Below, in pieces: positions 20,714 through 30,152 of a DNA stretch of 64,000 nt; the first letter of the stretch is position 1, and every line of letters starts with the position of its first letter. A program made the position numbers and the translations under genes. The notes under the pieces were generated by a model. That model ran no database searches. It saw nothing but the letters and a program-made list of their open reading frames with translations, and was not told the origin of the DNA. This stretch comes from Thermoproteota archaeon (GTDB lineage: Archaea; Asgardarchaeota; Jordiarchaeia; Jordiarchaeales; Freyrarchaeaceae), in the NCBI GenBank assembly GCA_029258835.1, contig JAPDJY010000053.1, positions 14,006 to 78,005 of the forward strand. Reading direction: 5' to 3'.

Positions 20714-21511
20714 TTGGAGCTTGTGATTCTGGGAAGTGGAGACACGGTAGGTGTGCCGAAGATTGGGTGCACCTGTCCAACATGCAACATGGCTAGGGAG
20801 AGAGGTATACCTGATGCTAGGACGAGATTTTCTCTTTTATTTAGAGACACTGAAAGAGGGTATAACATCCTTGTTGATACGAGTCCGGACATGCGCCTTC
20901 AGCTTCTAAGAGAGAACGTGAAGAGGGTTTCAGCAGTCATCTTCACCCACCACCACTTTGACCACATTCTAGGCTTTAACGACTTTTACAGGGTTCAACA
21001 GGTGGTAACCGTCTTCGGGCTTAGGGAGACTGTTGATTACGTGCTTGACAAGATGGGATTCGGCAGCCTAGTTAAAGCTAGGAGAAAGTACATTCGCCCG
21101 TTTGAAATGGTAAGATATAAGTCCATTGAGTTTATGGCTTTCCCTGTCTTTCACCCTCATCTGAACGATGGGGTAAACGTGCAGCCCGTAGGTTACGTTT
21201 TCAAGGTGAATGGAAGGAAGATCGTTGTGACAGGGGATACGGGAATAAACATTCCCGAGAGGTCGATTGAGGTGATGTATGAGCCGGACATACTGGTGGC
21301 TGACGCGTTCGTCTCCTCCCCCAAACACTTCCTAGACCACCATATGACGGTTGAGGAGGCGGTGCTCCTCGCAGAGAGGTTGAGAGCAGAAAGAACCATA
21401 CTGGTCCACCTTGCCCACGTGAACCCTCCACACATGGAGCTTCAAAGAAAGGTAGATCCAACGTCTAAGAAGGTCATAGTGGGCTATGACACGTTAAAAG
21501 TGGAAGTGTAA
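20714..21511 (+). CDS. MBL-fold metallo-hydrolase (PhnP-like)
   Basis: GVPKIGCTCPTC, THHHFDH, HLAH. Confidence 0.9.
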   Translation: MELVILGSGDTVGVPKIGCTCPTCNMARERGIPDARTRFSLLFRDTERGYNILVDTSPDMRLQLLRENVKRVSAVIFTHHHFDHILGFNDFYRVQQVVTVFGLRETVDYVLDKMGFGSLVKARRKYIRPFEMVRYKSIEFMAFPVFHPHLNDGVNVQPVGYVFKVNGRKIVVTGDTGINIPERSIEVMYEPDILVADAFVSSPKHFLDHHMTVEEAVLLAERLRAERTILVHLAHVNPPHMELQRKVDPTSKKVIVGYDTLKVEV

Positions 21512-21671
21512 TAGGCAGCGGTGCCGAAGGGATGAGAACGTTTTACCATATTACGAATTACGAATTTCTCCTGTTAAAATCGATTATTGACGAATTAATT
21601 TTGGGTTGCAGGAAAAGGTTTAAACAGTTCCCAGCTTGGTTAAGCTCCAAAGGGATTGAGGAGGAACAGCT

Positions 21672-22841
21672 TTGCCCTCGGTGGTTTCCATCGTTAAGAC
21701 CGATGGCAATGTTGAAGACGCTGTTAGAAGAGCGGTTGAACTGGCTGGAGGAATAAAGTTAAACGGTGAAACCGTGCTTTTAAAGCCCAACCTGTGTGCC
21801 GCTAAGCCTTCAGGTAGCGGTATAGTCACGAGCACAGAGGTCGTTTCGGCGATGGTAAAGTTGGTTAAGGATCTGGGAGGGGAGGTATTAGTCGGTGATT
21901 TGCCCATAGCAGGGTGGGATCCAGAGGAAACGTATCGTGTGACGGGGATGAGGGAGGCTGTGGAGGCTGCAGGAGGAACATTTGTCGATTTCAGTAGGGA
22001 TGAAGCTGTGACGATACAGATTCCAAGTGCAAAAAAGCTGAAGAAGGTTAAAGTGGTTAAGACTGCATTAACCGTCGACGCTATAATCTCTCTGCCAGTG
22101 CTCAAAGCACACTTCTTCACCGGTTTAACCTTATCGATAAAAAACCTGAAGGGGCTGACCTGGCAGGATCAGAGGACTAAGATCCATGTTTTAGGATTGC
22201 ATGAGCCTGTAGTAGACCTGTTATCGGCTTTCCGCCAGAAGCTGATTTTTAGCCTTGTCGACGGGACGGTAGGATGCGAAGCAATAAAGCCTTCAGGGCC
22301 TTTGTATGGTCCAACAGAGGGGAAGCCTGTAAGGTTGAACCTCATTGTTGCTGGTGCAGATCCTGTAGCCGTTGACAGCGTAACAGCAAGGATTGCTGGG
22401 TTAGACCCGCATAGCATGAAGATACTTAAGATCGCAAGCGAGAGAGGGCTGGGGGAAATAGAAGACATAGAGATTAGAGGGGAAGACGTTAAACCGTTCA
22501 AGCTTAAGAGGAGGTTTATAGATAAAATACTTCAAGCGTTAAATGTTCTCTGGACGTCAAGAACTGTAAATCCGATAGTTCATCCATTAGCCAAGAAGAT
22601 CTATGGCCCACAAATTGAAAGCTTGAGGGCAGTTGAGAAGGAGCTTGAGAAGGTTGAACCAAGCAGAATAATAGTCGACAGGGAGAAATGCAACCTGTGC
22701 GGGGTCTGCGTCAAAGCGTGCAAAATTGGAAACATAACCGTGAAAGGCGATAACCTGCTGATAGGAGATAACTGCCTTGGATGCCTCATCTGCGTAGAGT
22801 CATGTCCGGAGTCAGCATTATCAATTAAAGTCGGTGGGTGA
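21672..22841 (+). CDS. DUF362 protein with C-terminal 2x[4Fe-4S] domain
   Basis: LLKPNL, LPVLKAH, TLSIKNLKG, DPVAVD; CxxCxxCxxxC twice. Confidence 0.88.
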   Translation: MPSVVSIVKTDGNVEDAVRRAVELAGGIKLNGETVLLKPNLCAAKPSGSGIVTSTEVVSAMVKLVKDLGGEVLVGDLPIAGWDPEETYRVTGMREAVEAAGGTFVDFSRDEAVTIQIPSAKKLKKVKVVKTALTVDAIISLPVLKAHFFTGLTLSIKNLKGLTWQDQRTKIHVLGLHEPVVDLLSAFRQKLIFSLVDGTVGCEAIKPSGPLYGPTEGKPVRLNLIVAGADPVAVDSVTARIAGLDPHSMKILKIASERGLGEIEDIEIRGEDVKPFKLKRRFIDKILQALNVLWTSRTVNPIVHPLAKKIYGPQIESLRAVEKELEKVEPSRIIVDREKCNLCGVCVKACKIGNITVKGDNLLIGDNCLGCLICVESCPESALSIKVGG

Positions 22842-22851
22842 AACCGCTATT

Positions 22852-22885
22852 TAACCAGAAGACGGGTGTAACCAGAAGACGAGTG
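22852..22885. repeat. 17-bp tandem duplication TAACCAGAAGACG(G/A)GTG
   Basis: two adjacent units with one mismatch. Confidence 0.8.
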
Positions 22886-22929
22886 GAAACAACCGTTAAA
22901 GCTTCGAATGCCTAACTCATCAACTCAAC

Positions 22930-24351
22930 TTATTTTTGGATGGAGTAGGAGGGTAGCAGCCATTTAGGGCGCCCCAGAAGGGTTAAAGTGAAATGTTCTT
23001 GAAATGAGGGGTTTTTAGAGTAGAATCTTAATATTTCATCGTCAGAGTATATGGTAAGTTTTTCAGCCGTTTTCTCTGCGATGTGTTTTCCCAGGCCTAT
23101 ATCTGGCTTACGGAGAACGTCCTTTAGGAGGGCTTCTGCGTCATCATATTTCCTCCCAACCTCCACGACCCACCTGTCCTTTTCCACCCTTGGACCGGAG
23201 ATCGTTGAATGAGACGTTAAGTGCTTTTTTAGGAATCGTGACTGGTGTGGCGTGGCAGGGGGAGGCCCAAGCTGCTTTTTCAGTCTTGGAAGACGCTTAG
23301 ACTCAAGTTCAATGATGAAGGCTGTCTCGTCCTCCCCGCTCCACACATCCCTGTTTAACACCTTAAAGTCGTGTTGCTCCAAGACCTTCTCCACCGCCTG
23401 TATGGACCTGCTTAGTTGCCCCCACAGGATGTCCGGAGGAAGCCTTGGAGTCGGGAAAACTATAAGAAGCATCGACGTCCCCCTTTCCCTAAGCGCCGAG
23501 GAGAGCTTTTCCGGAGGGTAGGAGGGTACTTTAGGAGGGAAGAAGAAGGCTTCTTTGGGTTCCTCGAGGAAGGCTTTAGCTGCAGCTCTGAACTCGTTGA
23601 ATTTCTGCAGTGTTAGAGCCGCCGCTACGTTCCTCTTAGGGTCTATGGGGTCTACTACTATTAGAGGTGACTGGAAAATTTTGCGTGGTTTTTCATGGTC
23701 TTCATAGTGCTTAGCGGGGTCTATGACGTGTCCGGGCTTCCACTTGAGAGACTCGTTGAGAAGGCTTCCGAACGAACCATAGTGTATTATGAGGAGCTCA
23801 CACAGATATCCCGAGAAGCCTCCAACCCTTATTTCTGCGCCGTATGCGCCTATTCCTTTCATAAATGCTTTGAGAAGGCGGATTTCTCCCTTCAACGTTT
23901 CATTTAACCTTTCCTTCACGTAGCGTGTGTGGAGGGGTGTCCGGTCAACGGAGGAGCGCATTTGGCTTGGATCCTCTATTTCGAAGCAAGGGACAAATTC
24001 AACGGTGAAACCTTCTATGTTAGCTCTGAGGTAGGGGTGCTCGGCATACTGTTCCTCTCCCAACCCTCCAGTAGCTCTCCTCGCCAGTTTAAGGCCTAGT
24101 TCGCCTATCTCGTTGAAGCTGTAGCTTTGAGGGAAGACCATGAATATGTCTATGTCCTGGTTTCCTCTTATCCAAGTGTCTTTAGCGAGTGAGCCAACCA
24201 GCATCGGGGTTATCTTCGCGTTTAGCTTCTCAGCCTCCTCTTGGAGGCGTCTAATCATCCTCTCCGCTATGGCTAAGGCCTTCGCTTTCTCCTCCGGTGA
24301 CGGAGTTACCTTTTTTAGGACGTTCATGCATACTTCGTGAAAGCTAGCCAA
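22930..24351 (-). CDS. cca: CCA-adding tRNA nucleotidyltransferase
   Basis: GSLAKDTW..DIDIF, YAEHPY, DRTPLH, GGFSGYLCELL. Confidence 0.96.
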   Translation of the reverse strand: MASFHEVCMNVLKKVTPSPEEKAKALAIAERMIRRLQEEAEKLNAKITPMLVGSLAKDTWIRGNQDIDIFMVFPQSYSFNEIGELGLKLARRATGGLGEEQYAEHPYLRANIEGFTVEFVPCFEIEDPSQMRSSVDRTPLHTRYVKERLNETLKGEIRLLKAFMKGIGAYGAEIRVGGFSGYLCELLIIHYGSFGSLLNESLKWKPGHVIDPAKHYEDHEKPRKIFQSPLIVVDPIDPKRNVAAALTLQKFNEFRAAAKAFLEEPKEAFFFPPKVPSYPPEKLSSALRERGTSMLLIVFPTPRLPPDILWGQLSRSIQAVEKVLEQHDFKVLNRDVWSGEDETAFIIELESKRLPRLKKQLGPPPATPHQSRFLKKHLTSHSTISGPRVEKDRWVVEVGRKYDDAEALLKDVLRKPDIGLGKHIAEKTAEKLTIYSDDEILRFYSKNPSFQEHFTLTLLGRPKWLLPSYSIQK

Positions 24352-24366
24352 CGTGATGCCTCCATG

Positions 24367-24930
24367 CTAGGGTATGCTCCTAAGGGTCGTGTATATGGGG
24401 CCTTTAGGAGTTAGCTGGCTTCTCTTAAGCTTGACGGAGTCGATTGTTATTTCCCCAAGTTCCAGTCCTTTCATCCTTGAAAGCAGGGATGCAAGCTTTT
24501 CACGGTTATGGACGAACTTTACCCTAGCGATCGTCGCATGGGGGGTGAAGGGCCTACTTTCAGGCTTAAAGCCGAGGGGTTTCAGCTTCCGCTCTAACTC
24601 GTAAGCTATTGATTTAAGGTTCTCGCTTCCTTTACAGGCGCCAATCCATATCACGTTTACACGGCGAATACTTGGAAAACAGCCGACGCTGCAAAGCTCT
24701 AATCTAAACGGCTCGAAGGGTATGGTCTTCATAACTTCGTAAACTTTATCCACCATTTCACTTGAGATCTCCCCTAGGAACTTTAGGGTGAAATGCACAT
24801 TTTCAAGCTCGACGAACTTGGCTTTAACTAGAGGGGAAAGGTCTTCCTGAACCTTTTTAATGGCATCCAGCACTTGAGGTGAGTCGACATCGACGGCTAT
24901 GAAAGACCTAACCTTCTCCAACTTGGACAT
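24367..24930 (-). CDS. thpR: RNA 2',3'-cyclic phosphodiesterase / 2'-5' RNA ligase (2H family)
   Basis: HFTLKFLG and PHATIAR (two HxT motifs), GPIY. Confidence 0.93.
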   Translation of the reverse strand: MSKLEKVRSFIAVDVDSPQVLDAIKKVQEDLSPLVKAKFVELENVHFTLKFLGEISSEMVDKVYEVMKTIPFEPFRLELCSVGCFPSIRRVNVIWIGACKGSENLKSIAYELERKLKPLGFKPESRPFTPHATIARVKFVHNREKLASLLSRMKGLELGEITIDSVKLKRSQLTPKGPIYTTLRSIP

Positions 24931-25432
24931 CTCCCACCTGTTTACTTAAAACATCTAGGAGGACCTTTTCAAGGATGGTTACGAGTGCTTCAAGAGACTC
25001 TTCAACTTCAGGGGATAACTTCTCACCGAGGGCGCTCTTAGGCTGAACACCTACAAATATTACGTAGGCGTTAACCGTCTCCTGTAGGTACCTTGCAACC
25101 ATAGAGAGAGGGGTGTGATGAGTTGAAAATGTTACTCCTCCTAAACTTGAGATGTCTGATGTTACCACCACGTCCCCGGGGCTACCGTTGAACTGGGCTG
25201 CATCCACGAAGACTACGTGGCTGGGTTCAAAACGCCTTAAAACACCTGTAAAGTTTTCAGGCATGGTTCCTGCTTCCACCACCAGAACGTTGGCAAGTTT
25301 TAAGCGTTTAAGCCTTCTGGCAACTTCAAGCCCCACCCGGTCGTCACCCTTGAGCTCGCTTCCCACGCCTACAATAGCCACCTTGACCGCGCCGTCCAAC
25401 AGCTTCTTGAGAGCCTTTATCAAGCCTAACAC
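24908..25432 (-). CDS. hydrogenase maturation protease (HycI-like)
   Basis: GVGSELKGDD, PEN, VDAA, STH. Confidence 0.9.
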   Translation of the reverse strand: MLGLIKALKKLLDGAVKVAIVGVGSELKGDDRVGLEVARRLKRLKLANVLVVEAGTMPENFTGVLRRFEPSHVVFVDAAQFNGSPGDVVVTSDISSLGGVTFSTHHTPLSMVARYLQETVNAYVIFVGVQPKSALGEKLSPEVEESLEALVTILEKVLLDVLSKQVGDVQVGEG

Positions 25433-25496
25433 CCATAACTCCTTAACAAAGGAAACTTTAAAACCGTTTTTAACAAAGCTGATGACGGTGGCAGAA

Positions 25497-26078
25497 ATGG
25501 AGGAGAAAACAGAGGGAGAAAGTAGGGTTCAAGAGGAACTTAGAGAAGGAGAGGAAGAGGAGAAGGTTACCGGACTCTTAGTTGACGGCGATGTTGTGAT
25601 CAACGAGAAAGACGCCGAGAAAATACATGGGAAAGGCTACGGAGAGTACGAGGAAGACGGGAAACTTCACCTAGCACCCGTAGAAGCACTCCTCCTAGCA
25701 GAAAGGGGGAGACTCGTGGTGCTGGATAGTGAAGGCAGGGAGCTCACATTTAAAGAATTAGCGAAGACCTTCACCCGGAAAGACCCTAAACTATGGACGC
25801 GGTACTTGGTTTACAGGGACCTGAGAAGCAGAGGGTATGTTGTTAAGCAAGGGTTCGGAGGGGGAATAGACTTCAGAGTTTACCCTAGAGGAAGTAAGGT
25901 CGGAGAGGAAGCTGCGAAAACGCTGATATACATAGTCACCGAGGGAAAACCGATAAACCTTAAGGAGCTAGACAGAGTAACCAAGCTCGCAGTAAGCATG
26001 AGGAAGAAGCTCACAATGGCGCTGATAAACAGGCAGGGTGACGTTGTATACTACAACGTGCTACAGATGACGTTTTAA
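25497..26078 (+). CDS. endA: tRNA-splicing endonuclease subunit (probably the structural subunit)
   Basis: LAPVEAL, YLVYRDLRSRGY, DFRVY, RKKL, GDVVYY; Ala where the catalytic His is expected; ATG 25497. Confidence 0.88.
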   Translation: MEEKTEGESRVQEELREGEEEEKVTGLLVDGDVVINEKDAEKIHGKGYGEYEEDGKLHLAPVEALLLAERGRLVVLDSEGRELTFKELAKTFTRKDPKLWTRYLVYRDLRSRGYVVKQGFGGGIDFRVYPRGSKVGEEAAKTLIYIVTEGKPINLKELDRVTKLAVSMRKKLTMALINRQGDVVYYNVLQMTF

Positions 26079-26186
26079 GCCGGGTTGAGTAACAGGAAAT
26101 AAATGTTCTCATGATATTTTTATGTTACCTTCCGATTACACGCCTTTATTTCTACCAGTTTTCTTTGTGTAGAAGGGTGAAAGTGG

Positions 26187-26378
26187 ATGAAGGTGGAAGC
26201 TGAAGGGTTAGCTAATGACGATGTTAAGGCATTCCTGAGGGAGCTGCAGAGGGTTTACAGGGAGTACTTCAAGAGGAGAGAGCATAAGACAACCAATGAC
26301 TTGATCATACTTAATAACTTAGCTGGCTCGATCAGGAAGCTTAGGTGGATGCTTCAGGAAGGCGGTGTGAAGCGTTAA
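26187..26378 (+). CDS. hypothetical protein
   Basis: SD GGGTGA + ATG, 63 aa. Confidence 0.55.
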   Translation: MKVEAEGLANDDVKAFLRELQRVYREYFKRREHKTTNDLIILNNLAGSIRKLRWMLQEGGVKR

Positions 26379-26404
26379 GGACGTTAAGAAAGACGGGGAA
26401 CGGG

Positions 26405-27277
26405 TTAGAAAAGTTTTTCCTCGAGGAATGGGCGTACGCTCGTCCGGTGGAAGGCTAAACCAAGCTCCTTATAGGTGAAGCCCAAGGCCAACCCTAACAT
26501 TTCAGTATAGTAGAATATGGGAAGGGCGAAATCGTATCCTTTCCTTTTCAGCTCCAGTTGGCCGAAGTCATACTGCATGAAGCAGAATGGGCAGGCAACC
26601 ACCATGCAGTCAGCTCCGGCTTTCGTAGCCGACTCAAGCTTCAACTTTATGTACGGGTAGGACTTAGCTCTGTCAATGTTGTTCATGGCTGCACCACAGC
26701 ACAAGTCCTTGTAATTATAGTTTAAACTTTTAGGGCCTAGGGCTTCGACGAGTACATCTAGTTTTCGGGGGTTTTCAGGATCGTCGAAGCCGAGGACCTC
26801 ACTCGGCCTCAAAAGATGGCACCCGTAGTGGACTGCCACGTTGGCCTCTAAAGGATTCACTATGAGGCTTTCTATCCTGCGTGGGCCAACCCTGTACAGG
26901 GCCTCAACTATGTGGAGAACGTCGATGTCGCCCCTGAACTCCCTGTCGATGCGCTTTAACGCCTCGTTCACTTCCTCCATGAGGGCTGGGTCTCGCAACA
27001 GAATTTCTCTAGCTGTTTTTAAAGTTTCAAAGCAACCACTGCAGAGAGTTAGAATGTCCTTTCCTTCCTCTTCGGCCAGCGCTAAGTTTCTAGCAGCTAG
27101 GTAGAGCCAAGCCTTAAAACTGACCCCCTGAACACCAATCGGATCCGGACAGCAGCTTGCCCCCTCAAGAGGCTCGTATTGGATACCTAGGGCTTCGAGA
27201 ACCATTCTTGAGGAGGCCTCGATGAAAGGAAGGCGGAAAGGGATGAGACATCCTAGAAATAGGGAGTAGTCATTCAC
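26405..27277 (-). CDS. hdrB: heterodisulfide reductase subunit B-like
   Basis: FLGC, SCCPDP, HYGCH, CCG, CPFC (CCG domains). Confidence 0.93.
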   Translation of the reverse strand: MNDYSLFLGCLIPFRLPFIEASSRMVLEALGIQYEPLEGASCCPDPIGVQGVSFKAWLYLAARNLALAEEEGKDILTLCSGCFETLKTAREILLRDPALMEEVNEALKRIDREFRGDIDVLHIVEALYRVGPRRIESLIVNPLEANVAVHYGCHLLRPSEVLGFDDPENPRKLDVLVEALGPKSLNYNYKDLCCGAAMNNIDRAKSYPYIKLKLESATKAGADCMVVACPFCFMQYDFGQLELKRKGYDFALPIFYYTEMLGLALGFTYKELGLAFHRTSVRPFLEEKLF

Positions 27278-27786
27278 CCTTCACGTTCCCCCCCGAGCAC
27301 GTTTACGAACTCTTTAAGCAAGGCTCTAACTTCATCTACATTGACGGAGGGGGGAGGAGGGAGAGATAGTGAAGCCCTTCTCTTCTCCACCGCTGAGGAA
27401 AGGCTTAACGTCCTGCCCGTCTTAAATATCTGCTTCACCTCTTCGACCACTCCCTCAGGGACGTCCCCCCGCTCCACAGCCAAGTTCTTAAAGAACGTGA
27501 TAAGGTAGGATACCTTAACGTTCATCGGGCATGCTTCCAAGCATGAGTGGCAGCTAAGACAGGACCAGACTCCGTCCTTAAACACGACCTCGTCTTCCAA
27601 GCCGAGGAGAGCGTCGCAGACTATACGTCTAGGACTAAAGCTTTCAACTACACGTGCCACCGGACACTTACTAGAGCAAAGCGAACACTGCATACAGTAC
27701 TTAAGGGAGACACCTCCCTCAGGGAAACAGGAGACGCGATGGCGAAAGGAGCTAATAGACTGCAGCTTCAAAGATGCCACCTCCAA
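27274..27786 (-). CDS. hdrC: heterodisulfide reductase subunit C-like
   Basis: two CxxCxxCxxxCP motifs, adjacent to hdrB. Confidence 0.9.
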   Translation of the reverse strand: MEVASLKLQSISSFRHRVSCFPEGGVSLKYCMQCSLCSSKCPVARVVESFSPRRIVCDALLGLEDEVVFKDGVWSCLSCHSCLEACPMNVKVSYLITFFKNLAVERGDVPEGVVEEVKQIFKTGRTLSLSSAVEKRRASLSLPPPPSVNVDEVRALLKEFVNVLGGEREG

Positions 27787-27943
27787 AAGAAAAGAAAAGA
27801 GAATGCTTTAAAGTTTTTCGAAGCATAATCTAAAATCTAACGAAAGTATGGGTTAAAGTCTGTGGGAATGCCTTTACTAGAAACTTTATATTCACGGAGA
27901 GAGTAGGGGAATTAAACTGGTTTTCTGGAGGAATAGGGAGAAA

Positions 27944-28357
27944 ATGGTGATAGAAAGAACAGCCGAAGTAAGCCAAAAAGCCGTGGAAAGGATAAACAAA
28001 CTTCTCAAAGAAGAAAACTACCCGGGAAACATAGACATACTGCTAATAGACCGGTTTGGAAACCTAGTAGCTCAAAGGATTAGGTACTCAGACATAGAGG
28101 AAGCCATGGAAAGCACATTTACGCTAATAGCAAGCTGCAACACAATATCGAAAACCTTTGCTCAAGGCGATGCTACTGAATGCATCATACGCGGGGAGAA
28201 AGGGTACATAATAGCAGTTGAGGTAGAGCCAACTATCTTGGTAGCTGCGGGAATACCGGATAGGCAACTAGGCATAATGCTTCAAAGACTAAGAAGCACT
28301 GCTAAGAAGATAAAGAAAATAATAGAGGAAGACGCAATGGAAAAAGTTACCGTGTAA
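27944..28357 (+). CDS. roadblock/LC7-domain protein
   Basis: LLIDRFGNLV ... IIRGEKGYII ... LGIML pattern. Confidence 0.75.
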   Translation: MVIERTAEVSQKAVERINKLLKEENYPGNIDILLIDRFGNLVAQRIRYSDIEEAMESTFTLIASCNTISKTFAQGDATECIIRGEKGYIIAVEVEPTILVAAGIPDRQLGIMLQRLRSTAKKIKKIIEEDAMEKVTV

Positions 28358-28605
28358 TCTAATTTAGACATTAAAAACTTGGAAGTGCAAGCTTCACCAC
28401 ACACATTTTAATTCTTCCATAGCTAGATGGCAGGGCTTTCCCCCTTTATCCTTCTGCGCAGCTTCCGCCTTTCTCCTCCTCTAAATGAAACGGCTTCCTT
28501 TTCATCGCTTATCTTCTTAGTATTTCTTATTTCTAAAAAGGGAAACACTACGCAGTGATCTCCCTAGTAAATTTTAAAAGTGTGTAACGTTTTATTTTTC
28601 TTCGA

Positions 28606-28738
28606 GGTGCCGGTAGCTCAGCCTGGGAGAGCGCAGGACTGTGGACTGGCAGGGGCAGGCAGTAAGTGGTAAAGCTGAATCCTGAGGTCGCGGGTTCGAC
28701 ATGGAGGTTTAGCTTCCACGAAAGTCCCGCCCGGCACC
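28606..28738 (+). tRNA. tRNA-His(GUG) with encoded G-1 and three BHB introns (28645-28664, 28666-28679, 28701-28724)
   Basis: acceptor (G)GTGCCGG/CCGGCAC(C), D stem GCTC/GAGC, anticodon stem CAGGA/TCCTG with loop CT-GTG-GA, T stem GCGGG/CCCGC with loop TTCGACT after splicing. Confidence 0.93.
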
Positions 28739-28799
28739 CTCATTTTGCTTTTTCACCCCTTTAACATCCAGGGAAACCGTTAAGATTTTATTCTTTCTC

Positions 28800-30152
28800 T
28801 TGGTAGGGTTGTCCCGGCTTACGGGGGTGTTTGGGTCGGTTAAGTATAGGGTTCCACGAGGCTTCAGAGATTTCCCCCCAGAGGTAGCCATACTTAGGAA
28901 AAAAGTCATAGAGATCGTCGAGGATGTCTTTGAAAGGTTTGGTTTTGACCCGATCGAGACGCCGGTCATCGAGTATTGGGAGACACTTAAGGGAAAGTAT
29001 GGTGATGAGGTTGAGTCCAAGCTACTTTACAGGTTTCAGGATCCCTGGAGCGAGGAGTGGTTGGCTTTAAGATATGATTTAACCGTTCCGCTAGCGAGGT
29101 TTGTGGCGAGCCACGCTCCCCCCCTACCCTTTAAAAGGTATCATATTGGGCGTGTTTGGAGGCATGAGAGGCCACAGAGGGGAAGGTACAGAGAGTTTTG
29201 GCAGTGTGACGCTGACATAGTAGGTTCACCTTACCCTGAAGCAGACGCGGAAGTCATCGATGTGATGTGTGAGGTAATGAAGGCCCTAAGCTATAAGCGT
29301 TTCAGGGTGAGACTTAACGACAGGAGGATGCTTAGAGGGGTCTTCGAGGAGGAACTTAGAATATCAAAGTACGGGGACGAGAAAACCCTAGAAGTTTTCA
29401 GGGCAATAGACAAGCTTGACAAGATAGGAAGAGAAGGCGTCAGGGAGGAACTCCTGAGGACAGGGTTGAAAGGAGGTGAAGTCCAAAAAATAATGGAAAC
29501 GGTGGAGGTTTCAGGAGAGCCGGAGGAAACCTTACAGTTCGTTGAGGAACGGTTCGGAGGAAACGAGAACATTAAGGCAGCGCTAAGCCACCTTTCAGGC
29601 ATACTTGATAACTTAACTCATAAGGGGAAGGTGACCGTGGATCTGAGCATGGTTAGGGGGCTGGACTACTATACGGGCCCCATCTTCGAAACCTACATTG
29701 AGGAGCCAAAGATAGGGGCTCTGGCTGGGGGAGGACGCTACGATGACCTAATAGAAAGGTATGGTGGACCGAGAACGCCGTCAACAGGTGTAAGTATTGG
29801 AATAGAGAGGGTAATAGATGCAGGGCTTGAGCTCGGAATGTTCAGCCTTAACCAAAAAACGAAAACTAAAGTTTTTGTCGTTAATATGGGATTAGAGCAG
29901 CGAGGCTACGCCCGGAAAGTAGCTGAGGAAATTAGGAAAAGCGGATTAACAGTGCAGGTAGACCTTATGAGGAGAAGCTACAGGAAGCAGCTCGAGTACT
30001 GTGACAAGAAGGGAATACCATACTTAGTGTTTATAGGAGATAGGGAAACGCGAACGGAAACAGTAACTCTCTACATAAAGAGCACGGGGGAAAGATATGA
30101 GGAAATACCCCTCCAACAGGCGGTAGAAGTCATGCTAAGGAAGAGCCGCTAG
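28800..30152 (+). CDS. hisS: histidine--tRNA ligase
   Basis: PRGFRDF, LRYDLTVP, RGRYREFWQCD, RGLDYYTG, GGGRYD. Confidence 0.97.
   Translation: MVGLSRLTGVFGSVKYRVPRGFRDFPPEVAILRKKVIEIVEDVFERFGFDPIETPVIEYWETLKGKYGDEVESKLLYRFQDPWSEEWLALRYDLTVPLARFVASHAPPLPFKRYHIGRVWRHERPQRGRYREFWQCDADIVGSPYPEADAEVIDVMCEVMKALSYKRFRVRLNDRRMLRGVFEEELRISKYGDEKTLEVFRAIDKLDKIGREGVREELLRTGLKGGEVQKIMETVEVSGEPEETLQFVEERFGGNENIKAALSHLSGILDNLTHKGKVTVDLSMVRGLDYYTGPIFETYIEEPKIGALAGGGRYDDLIERYGGPRTPSTGVSIGIERVIDAGLELGMFSLNQKTKTKVFVVNMGLEQRGYARKVAEEIRKSGLTVQVDLMRRSYRKQLEYCDKKGIPYLVFIGDRETRTETVTLYIKSTGERYEEIPLQQAVEVMLRKSR

Noticed and set aside
21145-21185. Hairpin in the PhnP-like gene as another intron
   Set aside because: Central helix has a mismatch, the bulge is all pyrimidine, and removal would frameshift an intact gene.
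22852-22885. CRISPR array (also considered for 57106-57139)
   Set aside because: Only two abutting 17-bp units with no spacers and no cas genes.
25152-25496. Long N-terminal extension of EndA in the ORF track
   Set aside because: It is the antisense shadow of the hydrogenase protease gene plus the divergent promoter.
28639-28679. Alternative tRNA identity (e.g. Gln CUG from the CTGAA before the 3' stem) or a single 34-nt intron
   Set aside because: The G-1:C73 pair, the GTG loop and adjacent hisS indicate His; no BHB supports the alternatives.
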